The notes below the pieces were generated by a model. It made no database searches. It was not told the DNA's origin and saw nothing but the letters and a program-made list of their open reading frames with translations. 64,000 nucleotides of DNA, taken from NCBI GenBank assembly GCA_050011875.1, contig JBEKIG010000001.1:64001-128000 (forward strand), read 5' to 3'. Source of the DNA: Nitrososphaeria archaeon. GTDB lineage: Archaea; Thermoproteota; Nitrososphaeria; JACIWG01. A program made the position numbers and the translations under genes. This document shows positions 49,332-59,822 of this stretch, piece after piece (the first letter of the stretch is position 1; every line of letters begins with the position of its first letter).

Positions 49332-50285
49332 TCATTTAAGAAAGGAATTTATGACGTTGATCCATGCTTGTGAGGTTGTTATATTATTATATCCTCCACC
49401 TCCTACAGCGAGGGGGCCGTAACACTTTTTTTCTATAGATAGCTTTTTTAGAAAATCTGCAACATCAGCGTGAACTTTCGGTGTGAGGTTTAAATGGGTT
49501 AGAGGGTCGCCTTTTAAGGAGTCGCCACCGCACTGAAAAATGATGAATTCTGGGTTGATATTTGATATGAAATCTATTGCTTTTTCAAATTTAGAGTAGA
49601 AAACTTTGTCATCAGATCCTGCAGGTAAAACTATGTTTAACTTTGTCCCAACGGCGGCTCCTTCACCTCTCTCCTCTTCTTTACCAGTACCTGGATAGAG
49701 AGTGCGCCAATCTTCGTGAACATCAACTATCCAGACATTTTTATCCTCCAAGAATTCATAAAATACACCGTCCCCATGATGTGCATCAATATCGACATAG
49801 AGAAAAGATTCTATGGAGTACTTTTTGCGCAAATATTCAATAACAACGCCGACGTCGTTGAAGACACAAAAACCAGCAGCTGAATCCCTCTTTGCATGAT
49901 GCAGTCCCCCCATGGGGTTAAATGCTGTTCTAACTTCTTTTCTCATAATCAGTTCTGCACATTCGATTGACGTTCCAACAACGTATTCTGATGCATCAAA
50001 AACACCTTTGTAGGCAGGTGTATCACCATAGTCTAGATAACCGTAGCCATTGATAGATGCTTTTCTGACATATTCGATATAATCTTTAGTATGGAAAAGC
50101 CCTATAATATTCTCGTCAGCCATTACAGGTGCTACAAGCATGAGATCGTCCATTTTAGGACTATCTTTGAACTCGCTATCGAACGTTCGATAAAAGACTC
50201 TTATCCTATTGAAGTTCATGGGATGGTCTAAACCAAAAGAATATTGAAGTAGGGCATCACCATACGCGACTCCAACTTTTCTCAT
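49332..50285 (-). CDS. Zn-dependent deacetylase (HDAC/AcuC family)
   Basis: GGLHHA, GFCVFND, DIDAHHGDG, YPGTG, GGGGY. Confidence 0.94.
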   Translation of the reverse strand: MRKVGVAYGDALLQYSFGLDHPMNFNRIRVFYRTFDSEFKDSPKMDDLMLVAPVMADENIIGLFHTKDYIEYVRKASINGYGYLDYGDTPAYKGVFDASEYVVGTSIECAELIMRKEVRTAFNPMGGLHHAKRDSAAGFCVFNDVGVVIEYLRKKYSIESFLYVDIDAHHGDGVFYEFLEDKNVWIVDVHEDWRTLYPGTGKEEERGEGAAVGTKLNIVLPAGSDDKVFYSKFEKAIDFISNINPEFIIFQCGGDSLKGDPLTHLNLTPKVHADVADFLKKLSIEKKCYGPLAVGGGGYNNITTSQAWINVINSFLK

Positions 50286-50362
50286 ACATGAGTATATTGT
50301 TTAAAGGAATTTAACGATTTTCATAATCTTGAAAAAAAGAAGTGTATTAGCGTTAGGTTAAT

Positions 50363-50995
50363 CTAACTGGATCCTTTATAGTTAAGTATTTTGACAATTT
50401 TTTCCCTGTCCCCGAAGTTCTTTAACCGCATGAATGAATACAGTTCTGGATCAGAAATTTTGAGTTCATTTTCCACAGAAAGATAAAGGATATCATTAAA
50501 CAAGTCTATAAAACCGGATGAATAATCTTTAAACATTTTAATTTTTAAAACCTTCTTCAAAGCCAAGGTCTTAAATGATGCCAGGAATTGATCAACACTT
50601 TTATCATTCCATCTAGGGATTGCGCATTCAAAATTGCCTATGTTGTAGCCAATTGTGTAGAGAACGCTCGGTTTAAGCAGAGGTCTGTCCCCACTGACGA
50701 TGAAGATTATAGGGGTATCGACATATTCCAAAGATGTACCAAGCATTTCTAAGAAAGGTTTGTCCTTATTCATTATTATACGTGCGCCAAAAGGATTTAT
50801 CCTCTCTAAAATCTCAAACGGGGGATCAATAGATGAAATAACAAGTGTGCTGTCGAATACCGTCCAGAGAGCGTCTAACATGTATTCAAGCACCGATGAA
50901 TCCGAGGTTGTACTGTAGAAACGATTGGGCAAAGGCAAATATGTTAATTCGTTAGCTATGATTATACTTGTTACTCTAGATACATTTGTACTCAA
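50363..50995 (-). CDS. MobA-like nucleotidyltransferase, degenerate
   Basis: IFIVSGDRPLL, CAIPRW, DPELYSF; N-terminal GG-loop not evident. Confidence 0.6.
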   Translation of the reverse strand: MSTNVSRVTSIIIANELTYLPLPNRFYSTTSDSSVLEYMLDALWTVFDSTLVISSIDPPFEILERINPFGARIIMNKDKPFLEMLGTSLEYVDTPIIFIVSGDRPLLKPSVLYTIGYNIGNFECAIPRWNDKSVDQFLASFKTLALKKVLKIKMFKDYSSGFIDLFNDILYLSVENELKISDPELYSFMRLKNFGDREKIVKILNYKGSS

Positions 50996-51047
50996 GAAAT
51001 CACTTAGTAGACGACAATAACATTTCTAATATTATTAAGCTTTACTT

Positions 51048-51848
51048 CTAATTGTTAAACCCGAACTTTAGTACATTGCCATCTCTAATATGAAAATATT
51101 TTGACGCATTACCTGCACTTACAGATATTTCTAAGCATTCAAAACTATCAAATAATGCAAGTGGAGAGCCTTCATTGACCATTGAATATGATTCTACAAG
51201 TGGTAGTCTGTATGATCTAGAACCAAAAAACAGTCTGACATAATTTGCGCTATCTAAACGAGATTCACAAAGGAAGTTGTGAGTAACATTAGTAACGATA
51301 TTACCGAAGGCATCGACAAATGCCACTTCAGCTACGACAAGATCTCCTTCAAAATATGGTTCGCAAAGGACCATAGGCTCTATGGAATTGATTTTTGGAC
51401 CCAACCTGGTGATTGGAAGACCCTTTGAAACATATCCTGCAACAGGAGCAAAGACCTCCCTCCCATGAAAAGTCTTGGATAAATTATTCAGTATATATCT
51501 CGAATTTTCTATAACAACGGCGGCATCGATTACATCTTCACGTATAGCGGGGGACATAAGACCATTATCAGGGCCAATGAAAAAATAGTTACTTGTCTTT
51601 ACCGCGATAGCCCTTCTATCAGAACCTACTCCGGGATCAACAACACAAATGAATATAGAATTTTTTGGGAAAAACTTGTATGCTGATTTTAAGAGGAAAG
51701 CACCCTGTTTTACGTTCTGAGGAAATACGACATTTGAAAGGTCAACGATGGTTGCATTAGGATTTTTTCCTAAGATAACACCCTTCACTTCTCCGATATA
51801 AATGCTGTTGCCTCCAAAATCCGTGAGAAGAGCTATGATCCTTTTCAT
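51048..51848 (-). CDS. SAM hydroxide adenosyltransferase (DUF62, chlorinase/fluorinase family)
   Basis: LLTDFG, VVDPGVG, GPDNG, TFHGR, VDAFGN. Confidence 0.94.
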   Translation of the reverse strand: MKRIIALLTDFGGNSIYIGEVKGVILGKNPNATIVDLSNVVFPQNVKQGAFLLKSAYKFFPKNSIFICVVDPGVGSDRRAIAVKTSNYFFIGPDNGLMSPAIREDVIDAAVVIENSRYILNNLSKTFHGREVFAPVAGYVSKGLPITRLGPKINSIEPMVLCEPYFEGDLVVAEVAFVDAFGNIVTNVTHNFLCESRLDSANYVRLFFGSRSYRLPLVESYSMVNEGSPLALFDSFECLEISVSAGNASKYFHIRDGNVLKFGFNN

Positions 51849-51894
51849 TTAAATTAATTCTTTTACCTTCCTTATTAAAGGATTACTTAGCTTC

Positions 51895-52611
51895 TCAAGA
51901 TAGCTTGTAATATACCCTTTTTCTTCCCTTACCTTTGTTTTCGACTTTTTCTATAGTTATACCTACAATCTCTTTGATGTTTGCCACGTGTGGACCACCA
52001 TCTGCTTGAACGTCAACGTCAGGAATTTCCACGATCCTTAACATATTAATGTTTGGTGGTGCACGCTGTGCAAGTTTTACTATCCCAGGAATCTCCAATG
52101 CTTTTTCTCGCGATAGAAAATATATTTTTACTTCCGCACCCCTACTAATAATTACGTTCGTTTCCCTTACTGCTTCATCAAAAACCGATTTATCTGACGA
52201 TTCTAGGTTAAAGTCATCTTTTGCATGCTCAGCGTCTATGTGCCCACCTGTAACGTATACACCATATTTTTTGAAAAGAATAGATGAAAGAATGTGAGCT
52301 GCAGTATGCAACTTCATAAGTTTATACCTTCTTTCCCAGTCAATGGATCCTGTCAAATTTTCGCCTATTTTGATCTTTGGAACCCCTTCAATATTGTGTA
52401 AAACGTTTCCCGTCACTTTGTCTTCTGTGACTTGTACGATTCTATAGGTTTCAGATGTTGTGCTAATAGAACCTAGGTCACAGTCTACACCACCCGTTAG
52501 AGGATGGAATGCTGTTCTATCTAAAACAACTTTATTTTCTTGAACATCCAATACATTGGCGTTAAACTCCTTAAGATAGCTGTCCTTCTGAAACAATAAT
52601 TCTGTTAACAC
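51895..52611 (-). CDS. alaX: Alanyl-tRNA editing protein AlaX
   Basis: DSYLKEF, DRTAFHP..GG, HTAAH, QADGGPHV, ENKGK. Confidence 0.93.
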   Translation of the reverse strand: MLTELLFQKDSYLKEFNANVLDVQENKVVLDRTAFHPLTGGVDCDLGSISTTSETYRIVQVTEDKVTGNVLHNIEGVPKIKIGENLTGSIDWERRYKLMKLHTAAHILSSILFKKYGVYVTGGHIDAEHAKDDFNLESSDKSVFDEAVRETNVIISRGAEVKIYFLSREKALEIPGIVKLAQRAPPNINMLRIVEIPDVDVQADGGPHVANIKEIVGITIEKVENKGKGRKRVYYKLS

Positions 52612-52721
52612 TTCTCACTCCAAAAAGAAAAACAAGAACAAGATATAAACTTAGTTTGCTCTATATCGAAGTAACAACTTTAATTTTAATTTTTTTACAT
52701 TTTAGAAATATATTCGTCTGC

Positions 52722-53636
52722 TTAAATAGCAGCCTTAGCGCCCTCGCCTATGCTGATAGAAATCTGTCCCCAAGGTCTGTCTCTATTATGAACTGCACAG
52801 TCACCAGCGGCAAAAATCCCCTTGATGGATGTCATCATTTCTCCATCGACTTTAATAAAACCTTGTTTGTCTTTTTCCACCTCAAACACTTCAGTACAAG
52901 GTGTCACCCCTATGTAAACAAAAACACCGTTCACGTTTAGCGTTAACTGCTGCTCTTCTGTATTTTTTCTGTTTAAGGTGAGGCTTTCGACTTTTTTTGA
53001 ACCGTTCACTGAAATAACATCTGTAGACCAAAGAAATTTGATATTTTTCATCTGAAAAGCTTTCTTCTGTAACGTCTTCTCGGCTCTTAAACTGTCTCGT
53101 CTATGTATGACATAAACCTTCTTAACTAGACGCGAGAGATAAATAGCTTCTTTTACGGCCCTGTCGCCACCGCCTACAACCGCAACGGTACCACCTTTAA
53201 AAAATTGAGCGTCGCAAAGGGCGCAGTAAGATATTCCTTTGCCAATGAACTCTTGCCCACCTGTGATCATCAATTTTTTAGGTTTTGTTCCAGTAGCTAT
53301 TATAACAGTTTTACCACTGTATTCAATGCCATCGGTAACGATTATTTTGCGCTTCCCTTTATTTACTATACGCTGAACCTCCTTTATTTCAATGGGAACA
53401 TCGTATGCCATAACATGGTCTACAAGTTTTTGGGCAAGATCTTGGCCAGAAATTTTTTTGAACCCTGGATAATTTTCTATTATATCTGTAACAACAACCT
53501 GCCCCCCAAGTCCAAGCTTATCGATTATTATACAGCTCCGCACACTTCGTGCCGCGTAAAGAGCGGCGACGAGTCCTGCAGGCCCTGCGCCGATAATTAT
53601 AATATCAAATTCCCTTATCATCTTTTCTTCTAACAT
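52722..53636 (-). CDS. trxB: Thioredoxin reductase, possibly clipped by 9 codons at the C-terminus
   Basis: GAGPAG, IENYPG, IATG, CALCD, GGGD, FAAGD; frame continues ADEYISKM after TAA. Confidence 0.93.
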   Translation of the reverse strand: MLEEKMIREFDIIIIGAGPAGLVAALYAARSVRSCIIIDKLGLGGQVVVTDIIENYPGFKKISGQDLAQKLVDHVMAYDVPIEIKEVQRIVNKGKRKIIVTDGIEYSGKTVIIATGTKPKKLMITGGQEFIGKGISYCALCDAQFFKGGTVAVVGGGDRAVKEAIYLSRLVKKVYVIHRRDSLRAEKTLQKKAFQMKNIKFLWSTDVISVNGSKKVESLTLNRKNTEEQQLTLNVNGVFVYIGVTPCTEVFEVEKDKQGFIKVDGEMMTSIKGIFAAGDCAVHNRDRPWGQISISIGEGAKAAI

Positions 53637-54078
53637 ACAACATTATTTGTTTGAATTATCATTTAACTCTTTCCACTACAAAGAAAATTATAATAGAAAT
53701 CAATATTCCGCCTACGATAAAAGTTGGTTGCGATAACATAAATCATCTAACAATAGCAGTCTCCATTAGATTACGCCATCTTTTTCGAATGATTCTACAA
53801 GTTTTACTTCTTTAAGTTCGCTGAATATCCTGTAAAGGTTAGATAAATGTTCATCAAAAGTCTTATCTACATGAGAAGGACTTTGCGATCCACCCCCCTA
53901 ATGCAATCATAAAATGTGATCGCAATTTTCCACCTACAGCTTCAAAAATGTTTGATAGAGCATCTTTCAAGTTTTCCAACGAGTGCCCTACCCAGAATTT
54001 ATTAAGTACACAAATTTAAGCTTAGTGTAAACCTTAAGTTTATGCACCAAACTTGGAAAACTAAAGAGACAGAGACAG

Positions 54079-54400
54079 TTAACTCTGTATACCTCTAATA
54101 ATGAGGCAATCTTTCTCTGAAATCTTTACAGAATCTGATGACACATTATCACAGATTCTTACTTGTGCGTTCAGAATAAGCGCAAAAGGCGTTCTTTCAG
54201 TTGTTCCACCAATCGCTAAATTAGCCATAAAAGTTAAATCATCAATAACGTTTATGAAAGTTATTTTTAACAACTTACCAAAATAGGTGATTACAAGGGC
54301 ATTTAACGAATCTTGTGATAACTAATTCTTCATAAAGGCGAACGAAATTTTAAACTTGCTCAAACTCATTAAATAAGAGAAAAACAGATTTTCTGGACAG
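54079..54400 (-). pseudogene. Remnant of coenzyme F420:L-glutamate ligase (CofE-like)
   Basis: Frameshifted pieces VIT/DS, (H)LF/GKLLKITFINVIDDLTFMANLAIGGTTERTPFALI resemble CofE C-terminal DLFG..L..T....D.LA..ANL..GE..E..P. Confidence 0.6.
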
Positions 54401-54496
54401 TAACCATTAAAAGTATTAAACATACATTTCGCATCGTCTTACAACTCTAGCAAAATTTTTTAATGAGAACAAGCATGCTCAGTTGAGAAAGGCAGC

Positions 54497-56905
54497 TTGG
54501 TAGATTTGTGTTCGCTAACGAATAAAGAAGCTACGATAATAATCCTAGTCCTTATGCTCACGAATATTATCATTTCAATAAGGCCTTTTGACGGAGATGT
54601 TGAAGTAATTGTTTCCTTTAAGGGAGAACCGACTACGTCTCTCGCTATAAAGTATGGGATTAGCTTGAATGATTCAATTATAAATGAAGCTTCAGAGTAT
54701 AAGTTGCTTGAACTTGAAGGGAATATAAAGAAACTACAGAGCAGCGGAATACCTCTTAGAGTCGTTTCATATATGTATACCGTGATCTTCGGAGCAGTTA
54801 TAGAAATGCCTCAAAGATTTATTCAAACCTTAAATCAGACTGGAACGATTGCTTCATTAGAAGAAAGCGCGGAATACAAGTTGGATTTAGAGAACAATGT
54901 TAAAATGGTAGATGCTAATAGAGTATGGGAACTAAAGGATGCCCTAAATTCAAATATTACAGGTAAAGGAATCAAAGTGGCAGTGATCGATACAGGAGTA
55001 AATTACTCACAGCCAATTTTAGGAGGAGGAATAGGATCAAATTATAAAGTGGTTGGTGGATACGATTTTGTGGACAAAGATAATGATCCAATGGATATGG
55101 ATGGACATGGAACAGCGGTTGCGGCCATCATAGCCGGCAATGACGATGGATTTACTGGAATAGCGCCGGACGCAAGCATTCTTGCATATAAAGTAATAAC
55201 AGAATCTGGAGAGACGTCAACGGCAGATATCGTACAGGCTATCGATAGAGCAGTATTAGACGGTGCAACTGTGATCAATATAAGCCTTGGATCAGCGATA
55301 TCAGACGCTTCATTGGGCATTGCTATAAATAACGCTGTGGATGCAGGGATAGTCGTCGTCGCAGCCGCAGGTAACTCAGGACCTAGCGGAGGCACCATAG
55401 ACTATCCGAGCGCGCTGAACGATGTCATTTCTGTAGGAGCTTCATCGAATATAGGGTCCTCACTTCTAAAAGCTGAGTTTACGATCCCTGAGATAGGAAG
55501 ATCCTTTGATGCAATTCCCATGAATAATACGATTTCAACAAATAAACCGCTGATATCAAAATTAGTTTACGTCGGCCTTGCAGGAAATGACGATGTTGCT
55601 AACCTTAACCTTACAGACGCGATCGCTGTCGCAAAAAGGGGAACCTATTTATTTAGCGAAAAGGCAAAGAATGTTCAGGAAAAGGGAGCCATCGCCCTGA
55701 TAGTGTTCAACAACGTCACACAAAATTTTATTGGAGCTCTAAAAGATCCTGTATCGATTCCCGTTGCTTCAATTTCGGGTGCAGATGGAGAATACATACT
55801 TAACTCTCTATCAACAAAAGAACTTACTGGGAATTTCACTATAAACTCAAACCCTTATCAGGTCGTATGGTTTAGTTCGAGAGGGCCGGTTTCACCATTC
55901 TACTTAAAACCTAATTTAATCGCTCCAGGATATAATGTAGAAACAGCGGACTATCAGGGAGGCTATCAAAATGTTTCGGGTACAAGTTTCGCTGCCCCTT
56001 GTGTAACAGGCACAGTTGCTCTAATAAAACAGGAAAGGCCAAAACTAAACCCCTATGAAATTATGTCTCTCCTTATGGATAACGCAGAACCTCTCACAAC
56101 AGGAGTTGAAAAGTATCCTGTTGACGTTCAAGGTGCAGGACTTATGGAGGTCTATAACACGATAATCAGCGATTTCACAGTCTTACCTGGAAGCCTCGTC
56201 TTCAATCTATCTCCTTTTAACCAAACAACAACCAATAGGACGTTACAGATTGTTCCACTATCAGGAGAGAACCTCAGCATTAAAGTTGCTCCAGATTGGT
56301 CTGGTCCAGACAGTGTACAGATAAGACCGAAGGACAATAACATTATTAATGGAAGCACATTCATTACGATCGAAGCTCAGCTCAATACAAACGATTATGG
56401 AACTTACTACGGTTGGTTAAACATATCGAGTGAGAAGATCACTCAAATGATACCAATAGAGGTGCAAGTAAATCCCGTTGGAATCTCTGTCATAAAAGAT
56501 AATGCAAGTCAGATAGCTTTCAGGATAAATCTGCCTAAAGGTTTTATATCAGCCAAAGCACTTATACAGTTGCCTGACGGAAATAGCCAGATTATATCTT
56601 ATAGGAGTGACTCCAATAATATTACCTTCCAGTCAACTTTAACTGGAGAATACTGGATATCTGTTCTGGTTGTCACAACAAACAACACCCAAAGTGGATT
56701 CGACATTGTAACAGTTGGAAGGTCTACAACACCTCCTAAAATAACTATAGTAACAACGTTGCCTCAGAGCCTGCCTATCAGTGGAATTCCATATCAGGCA
56801 CTTGAGACGATAGTGTACACGCTTGCTTTGGTAGTTATTTTTATAACGATCTACAGTCTAAGGAAGAAAACAAGAGAAAAAATTTCCTTATTAAATAAAG
56901 TGTAG
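54497..56905 (+). CDS. Subtilisin-like S8 protease with PA domain and C-terminal membrane anchor
   Basis: Catalytic VIDTG, HGTAVA, AAAGN, GTSFAAP; PA domain KRG...FSEKAKNVQEKGA; C-terminal TM plus RKK. Confidence 0.93.
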   Translation: MVDLCSLTNKEATIIILVLMLTNIIISIRPFDGDVEVIVSFKGEPTTSLAIKYGISLNDSIINEASEYKLLELEGNIKKLQSSGIPLRVVSYMYTVIFGAVIEMPQRFIQTLNQTGTIASLEESAEYKLDLENNVKMVDANRVWELKDALNSNITGKGIKVAVIDTGVNYSQPILGGGIGSNYKVVGGYDFVDKDNDPMDMDGHGTAVAAIIAGNDDGFTGIAPDASILAYKVITESGETSTADIVQAIDRAVLDGATVINISLGSAISDASLGIAINNAVDAGIVVVAAAGNSGPSGGTIDYPSALNDVISVGASSNIGSSLLKAEFTIPEIGRSFDAIPMNNTISTNKPLISKLVYVGLAGNDDVANLNLTDAIAVAKRGTYLFSEKAKNVQEKGAIALIVFNNVTQNFIGALKDPVSIPVASISGADGEYILNSLSTKELTGNFTINSNPYQVVWFSSRGPVSPFYLKPNLIAPGYNVETADYQGGYQNVSGTSFAAPCVTGTVALIKQERPKLNPYEIMSLLMDNAEPLTTGVEKYPVDVQGAGLMEVYNTIISDFTVLPGSLVFNLSPFNQTTTNRTLQIVPLSGENLSIKVAPDWSGPDSVQIRPKDNNIINGSTFITIEAQLNTNDYGTYYGWLNISSEKITQMIPIEVQVNPVGISVIKDNASQIAFRINLPKGFISAKALIQLPDGNSQIISYRSDSNNITFQSTLTGEYWISVLVVTTNNTQSGFDIVTVGRSTTPPKITIVTTLPQSLPISGIPYQALETIVYTLALVVIFITIYSLRKKTREKISLLNKV

Positions 56906-56998
56906 GCCATTTGTAAAAAACAAGTTGATATATTATTTAAATTAGTGGTGGGCAAGTAATTAATAAGGGTGGGTTTGACAGGTCTTATGTTTTGAGAT

Positions 56999-57799
56999 AT
57001 GGAGGAGTTTAGATTAACCCATCTAATCGAACGCACTCTTAAAAGTGCTCAAAGAGCTTTACTTAAAATTCAAGACAACCCCATAAGAGTTGGAGTGAAC
57101 AGGTTTGGGGACGTCACATATAATATTGATTTAGAATCCGAGCATGTGATTTTTGAGGAATTTGAAAAAACAGGAGAAGGTTTTACGATAATATCAGAGG
57201 AGTCTGGGATAAAGGAAATAAACGGAGGAGGAATGACTGTAGTTGTAGACCCATTAGACGGCAGCAATAACGCGGTTAAAGAAATACCTTTTTACAGCAT
57301 ATCAATAGCCATTTCTAAAGGGGACTTGATATCGGATATATTGGCTTCTGGCATAATTAACGTTATTAATGGTGATATCATATGTTCAGATAGCCATAGC
57401 GTCTTCTTCAATGGTGAAGCCAGACATCCATCAAACGTGACCGAGCTTAGCTCTGCTATTTCTACGATTATTCCAAGACTCTTTTACCTAAACAACAAAG
57501 AATACGAAGAGAGACTTGTAAAGATGTTTAAGCAGACTAAACACCCAAGATTTCTTGGTAGTGCGGCAATGGAATCGGCATATGTATCGGTAGGATTAAT
57601 AGATGCTTTCATAGAACTTTATCCAAGACTACGTGTTGTCGATATTGCCGCTTCACTTCATATGGCTAGGACCTCAGGTGCATACGTAAATCTTCTAAAC
57701 ATAGAAGGGGAACTTAACCTAAAGTATGATGGTAGAATAAGTTGTTTAATAGCAGCAAACAATATACTTGGTCACTCTTACACCGAACTTCTGAAATAG
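56999..57799 (+). CDS. suhB: Inositol monophosphatase/fructose-1,6-bisphosphatase
   Basis: ISEE, DPLDGS, GSAA, DIAA. Confidence 0.9.
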   Translation: MEEFRLTHLIERTLKSAQRALLKIQDNPIRVGVNRFGDVTYNIDLESEHVIFEEFEKTGEGFTIISEESGIKEINGGGMTVVVDPLDGSNNAVKEIPFYSISIAISKGDLISDILASGIINVINGDIICSDSHSVFFNGEARHPSNVTELSSAISTIIPRLFYLNNKEYEERLVKMFKQTKHPRFLGSAAMESAYVSVGLIDAFIELYPRLRVVDIAASLHMARTSGAYVNLLNIEGELNLKYDGRISCLIAANNILGHSYTELLK

Positions 57800-57882
57800 C
57801 TTATTTATTTTAACTTATAACGTTCCTGTTTTAATATAATAATAATTATATACTTTATTTCCTGAACTTATAGTGACTCCTT

Positions 57883-58659
57883 ATGCAAGAGTTTGTTACA
57901 GGAAGATTAAAGAAGATTCTGAGAGAAAACAAGATTTCAGTTGGGATGTGGATTACGCTTCCGTGTATAGATGTGCCAGAGGCCCTGTCCGGACTTGGCT
58001 TCGACTGGTTCGTCTTCGACACTGAGCACGCTCCAACAAGCATAGAGACTGTGCAGAGGCTGCTGCCAGCGCTAAACGGAAGCAACACTTCAGCAATCAT
58101 CAGAGTCGCATGGAACGACATAGTCATGATAAAGCGTGCACTAGACGTGGGGCCAGAAGGCATCGTAGTCCCGTGGGTAAACAACATAGACGACGCAATA
58201 AAAGCTGTCAAAGCTAGCAGGTATCCACCCATTGGCATCAGGGGAGTTGGCCCAAGAAGAGCCGCGGCCTACGGCCTAGACCCATCATATTATAAAAGAG
58301 CAAATAACGACGTCGCCCTGATTGTCCAGATAGAAACACAGGAAGCAGTAGACAATGTTGACGAGATACTCTCAGTGGATGGTATAGATTCATTCTTCAT
58401 AGGGCCACAGGACCTTTCATTCTCTTTGCAGGTGCCGCACGACTACGAAAGTCCCAGATTCAGGGCAGCCATCGATAAGGTTCTTGAGGCGGGAAGGAAA
58501 GCAGGGAAACCTGCCGGCATATACACGTCAGACGCGCAAGAATCCATCAACTACATGAAGAAAGGTTTCAGGTTCCTTACTCTTTCTTCAGACATAAAAA
58601 ATTTGGTTAGTCAGTGCAAAAAAGAGTTAGAAACTGTTAGAATAGAAGCCTCAAAGTGA
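57883..58659 (+). CDS. HpcH/HpaI class II pyruvate aldolase
   Basis: DWFVFDTEHAP, RALDVG, RYPPIGIRG, VQIET, FIGPQDLS. Confidence 0.92.
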   Translation: MQEFVTGRLKKILRENKISVGMWITLPCIDVPEALSGLGFDWFVFDTEHAPTSIETVQRLLPALNGSNTSAIIRVAWNDIVMIKRALDVGPEGIVVPWVNNIDDAIKAVKASRYPPIGIRGVGPRRAAAYGLDPSYYKRANNDVALIVQIETQEAVDNVDEILSVDGIDSFFIGPQDLSFSLQVPHDYESPRFRAAIDKVLEAGRKAGKPAGIYTSDAQESINYMKKGFRFLTLSSDIKNLVSQCKKELETVRIEASK

Positions 58660-58821
58660 ACTCTTTAGTCTATAGGGGAATATTGCAAATACGGAAATCT
58701 TTTAATTAAAAGACTGTAGTAATAAAAAATCTACTTTTCTAATAAATTGTCACAAATTCGTACAGTATTGTTTATTATTTAACGCGATATTCTGCCTGCC
58801 ATAGTAGTAGTTCTTCAAGTC

Positions 58822-59035
58822 ATGGAAATAAATGAGATTCAGCTAGAAGAACTAGATGTCGGACAATTTGTTGAGGATAAAGTAAAGGGGGTCCGTTACA
58901 GTGTGGGTAATGATTTGGCTGTCAACGTTTTATCCAGTGGCGTCGATTCTTATCGATGTAAAAAAGAGTTCTTAAACGCTATGGAAGATATAGCTGACCC
59001 AGGAAAAAAAAATGGAAGTTATTACTCAGAATACC
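58822..59035 (+). pseudogene. Remnant of GMP synthase ATPase subunit (GuaA C-terminal part)
   Basis: FVEDKVKGVRYSVGNDLAVNVLSSGVDS (PP-loop SGGVDS) joined by deletion to EFLNAMEDIADPGKK and frameshifted MEVITQ. Confidence 0.6.
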
Positions 59036-59316
59036 TTGTCAGCGGTTTCCCTTCCTCAATTAATGTGATTGTCCTTATGCCTATTCTTCAGTTACCGACA
59101 ATTACTGTTAAACTAATATTTTTTTCTTCATACACCTCTGAAATTGTTTTCGGAGGCTATCTTTGCAGGCAGGTATTTAAAGCACTTCAACAGAATTTAA
59201 AGAGTATTTCCTAAATTTTACGCAATATATAACATAAGCCTCCGATGCAACTTTGATTCTTTTGTTACTAGGCAAATTTTAAATAGTAAGGTCTCTGTCT
59301 CTTTGAAAGAGAATTA

Positions 59317-59817
59317 ATGGCTACAAAAGGCGATTCTCAGTCTACTATGAAGTTTGACAAGCGTCTCCTATCACTTGACAACGCTCTTAAAACACACAGA
59401 TATCAGAAGGATTCCCTTCTGGAGGTCCTGCATACAGCACAGGAGTCCTACGGATTTTTAGACAAGGATATTATGGCTTATGTCGCTAAAGCGCTGAAAT
59501 TGCCTGCAAGCCATGTTTTTGGGGTTGCAACATTCTATAACTTCTTCAAGCTTAAGAAACCAGGGGCACATGTCGTTACCTTCTGTTTAGGTACCGCCTG
59601 TTATGTTAAGGGTTCAGAAGATATTTTAAAGAAAGTTGAGACTGAATTTAAAGTAAAGCGTGGAGAATCTACTGTTGACGGAAAACTTTCTGTTTTTACT
59701 ACGCGCTGCATTGGCGCATGTGCGATGGCACCTAATGCCATCATAGACGAAAACGTCGAAGGTAGAGCAACTAGTGAATCTATAATAAAAAAGATAAAAG
59801 AGGTTAAAGGAGATTGA
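59317..59817 (+). CDS. hoxE: Bidirectional [NiFe] hydrogenase subunit HoxE (NuoE-like, 2Fe-2S)
   Basis: DKRL...LLEVLHTAQESYG, GVATFY, CLGTACYVKG, RCIGACAMAP. Confidence 0.9.
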   Translation: MATKGDSQSTMKFDKRLLSLDNALKTHRYQKDSLLEVLHTAQESYGFLDKDIMAYVAKALKLPASHVFGVATFYNFFKLKKPGAHVVTFCLGTACYVKGSEDILKKVETEFKVKRGESTVDGKLSVFTTRCIGACAMAPNAIIDENVEGRATSESIIKKIKEVKGD

Positions 59818-59822
59818 AATAA

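Noticed and set aside
41158-52724. TAA recoding to explain two in-frame TAA codons
   Set aside because: TAA terminates many intact genes in the window; point mutation or error is simpler
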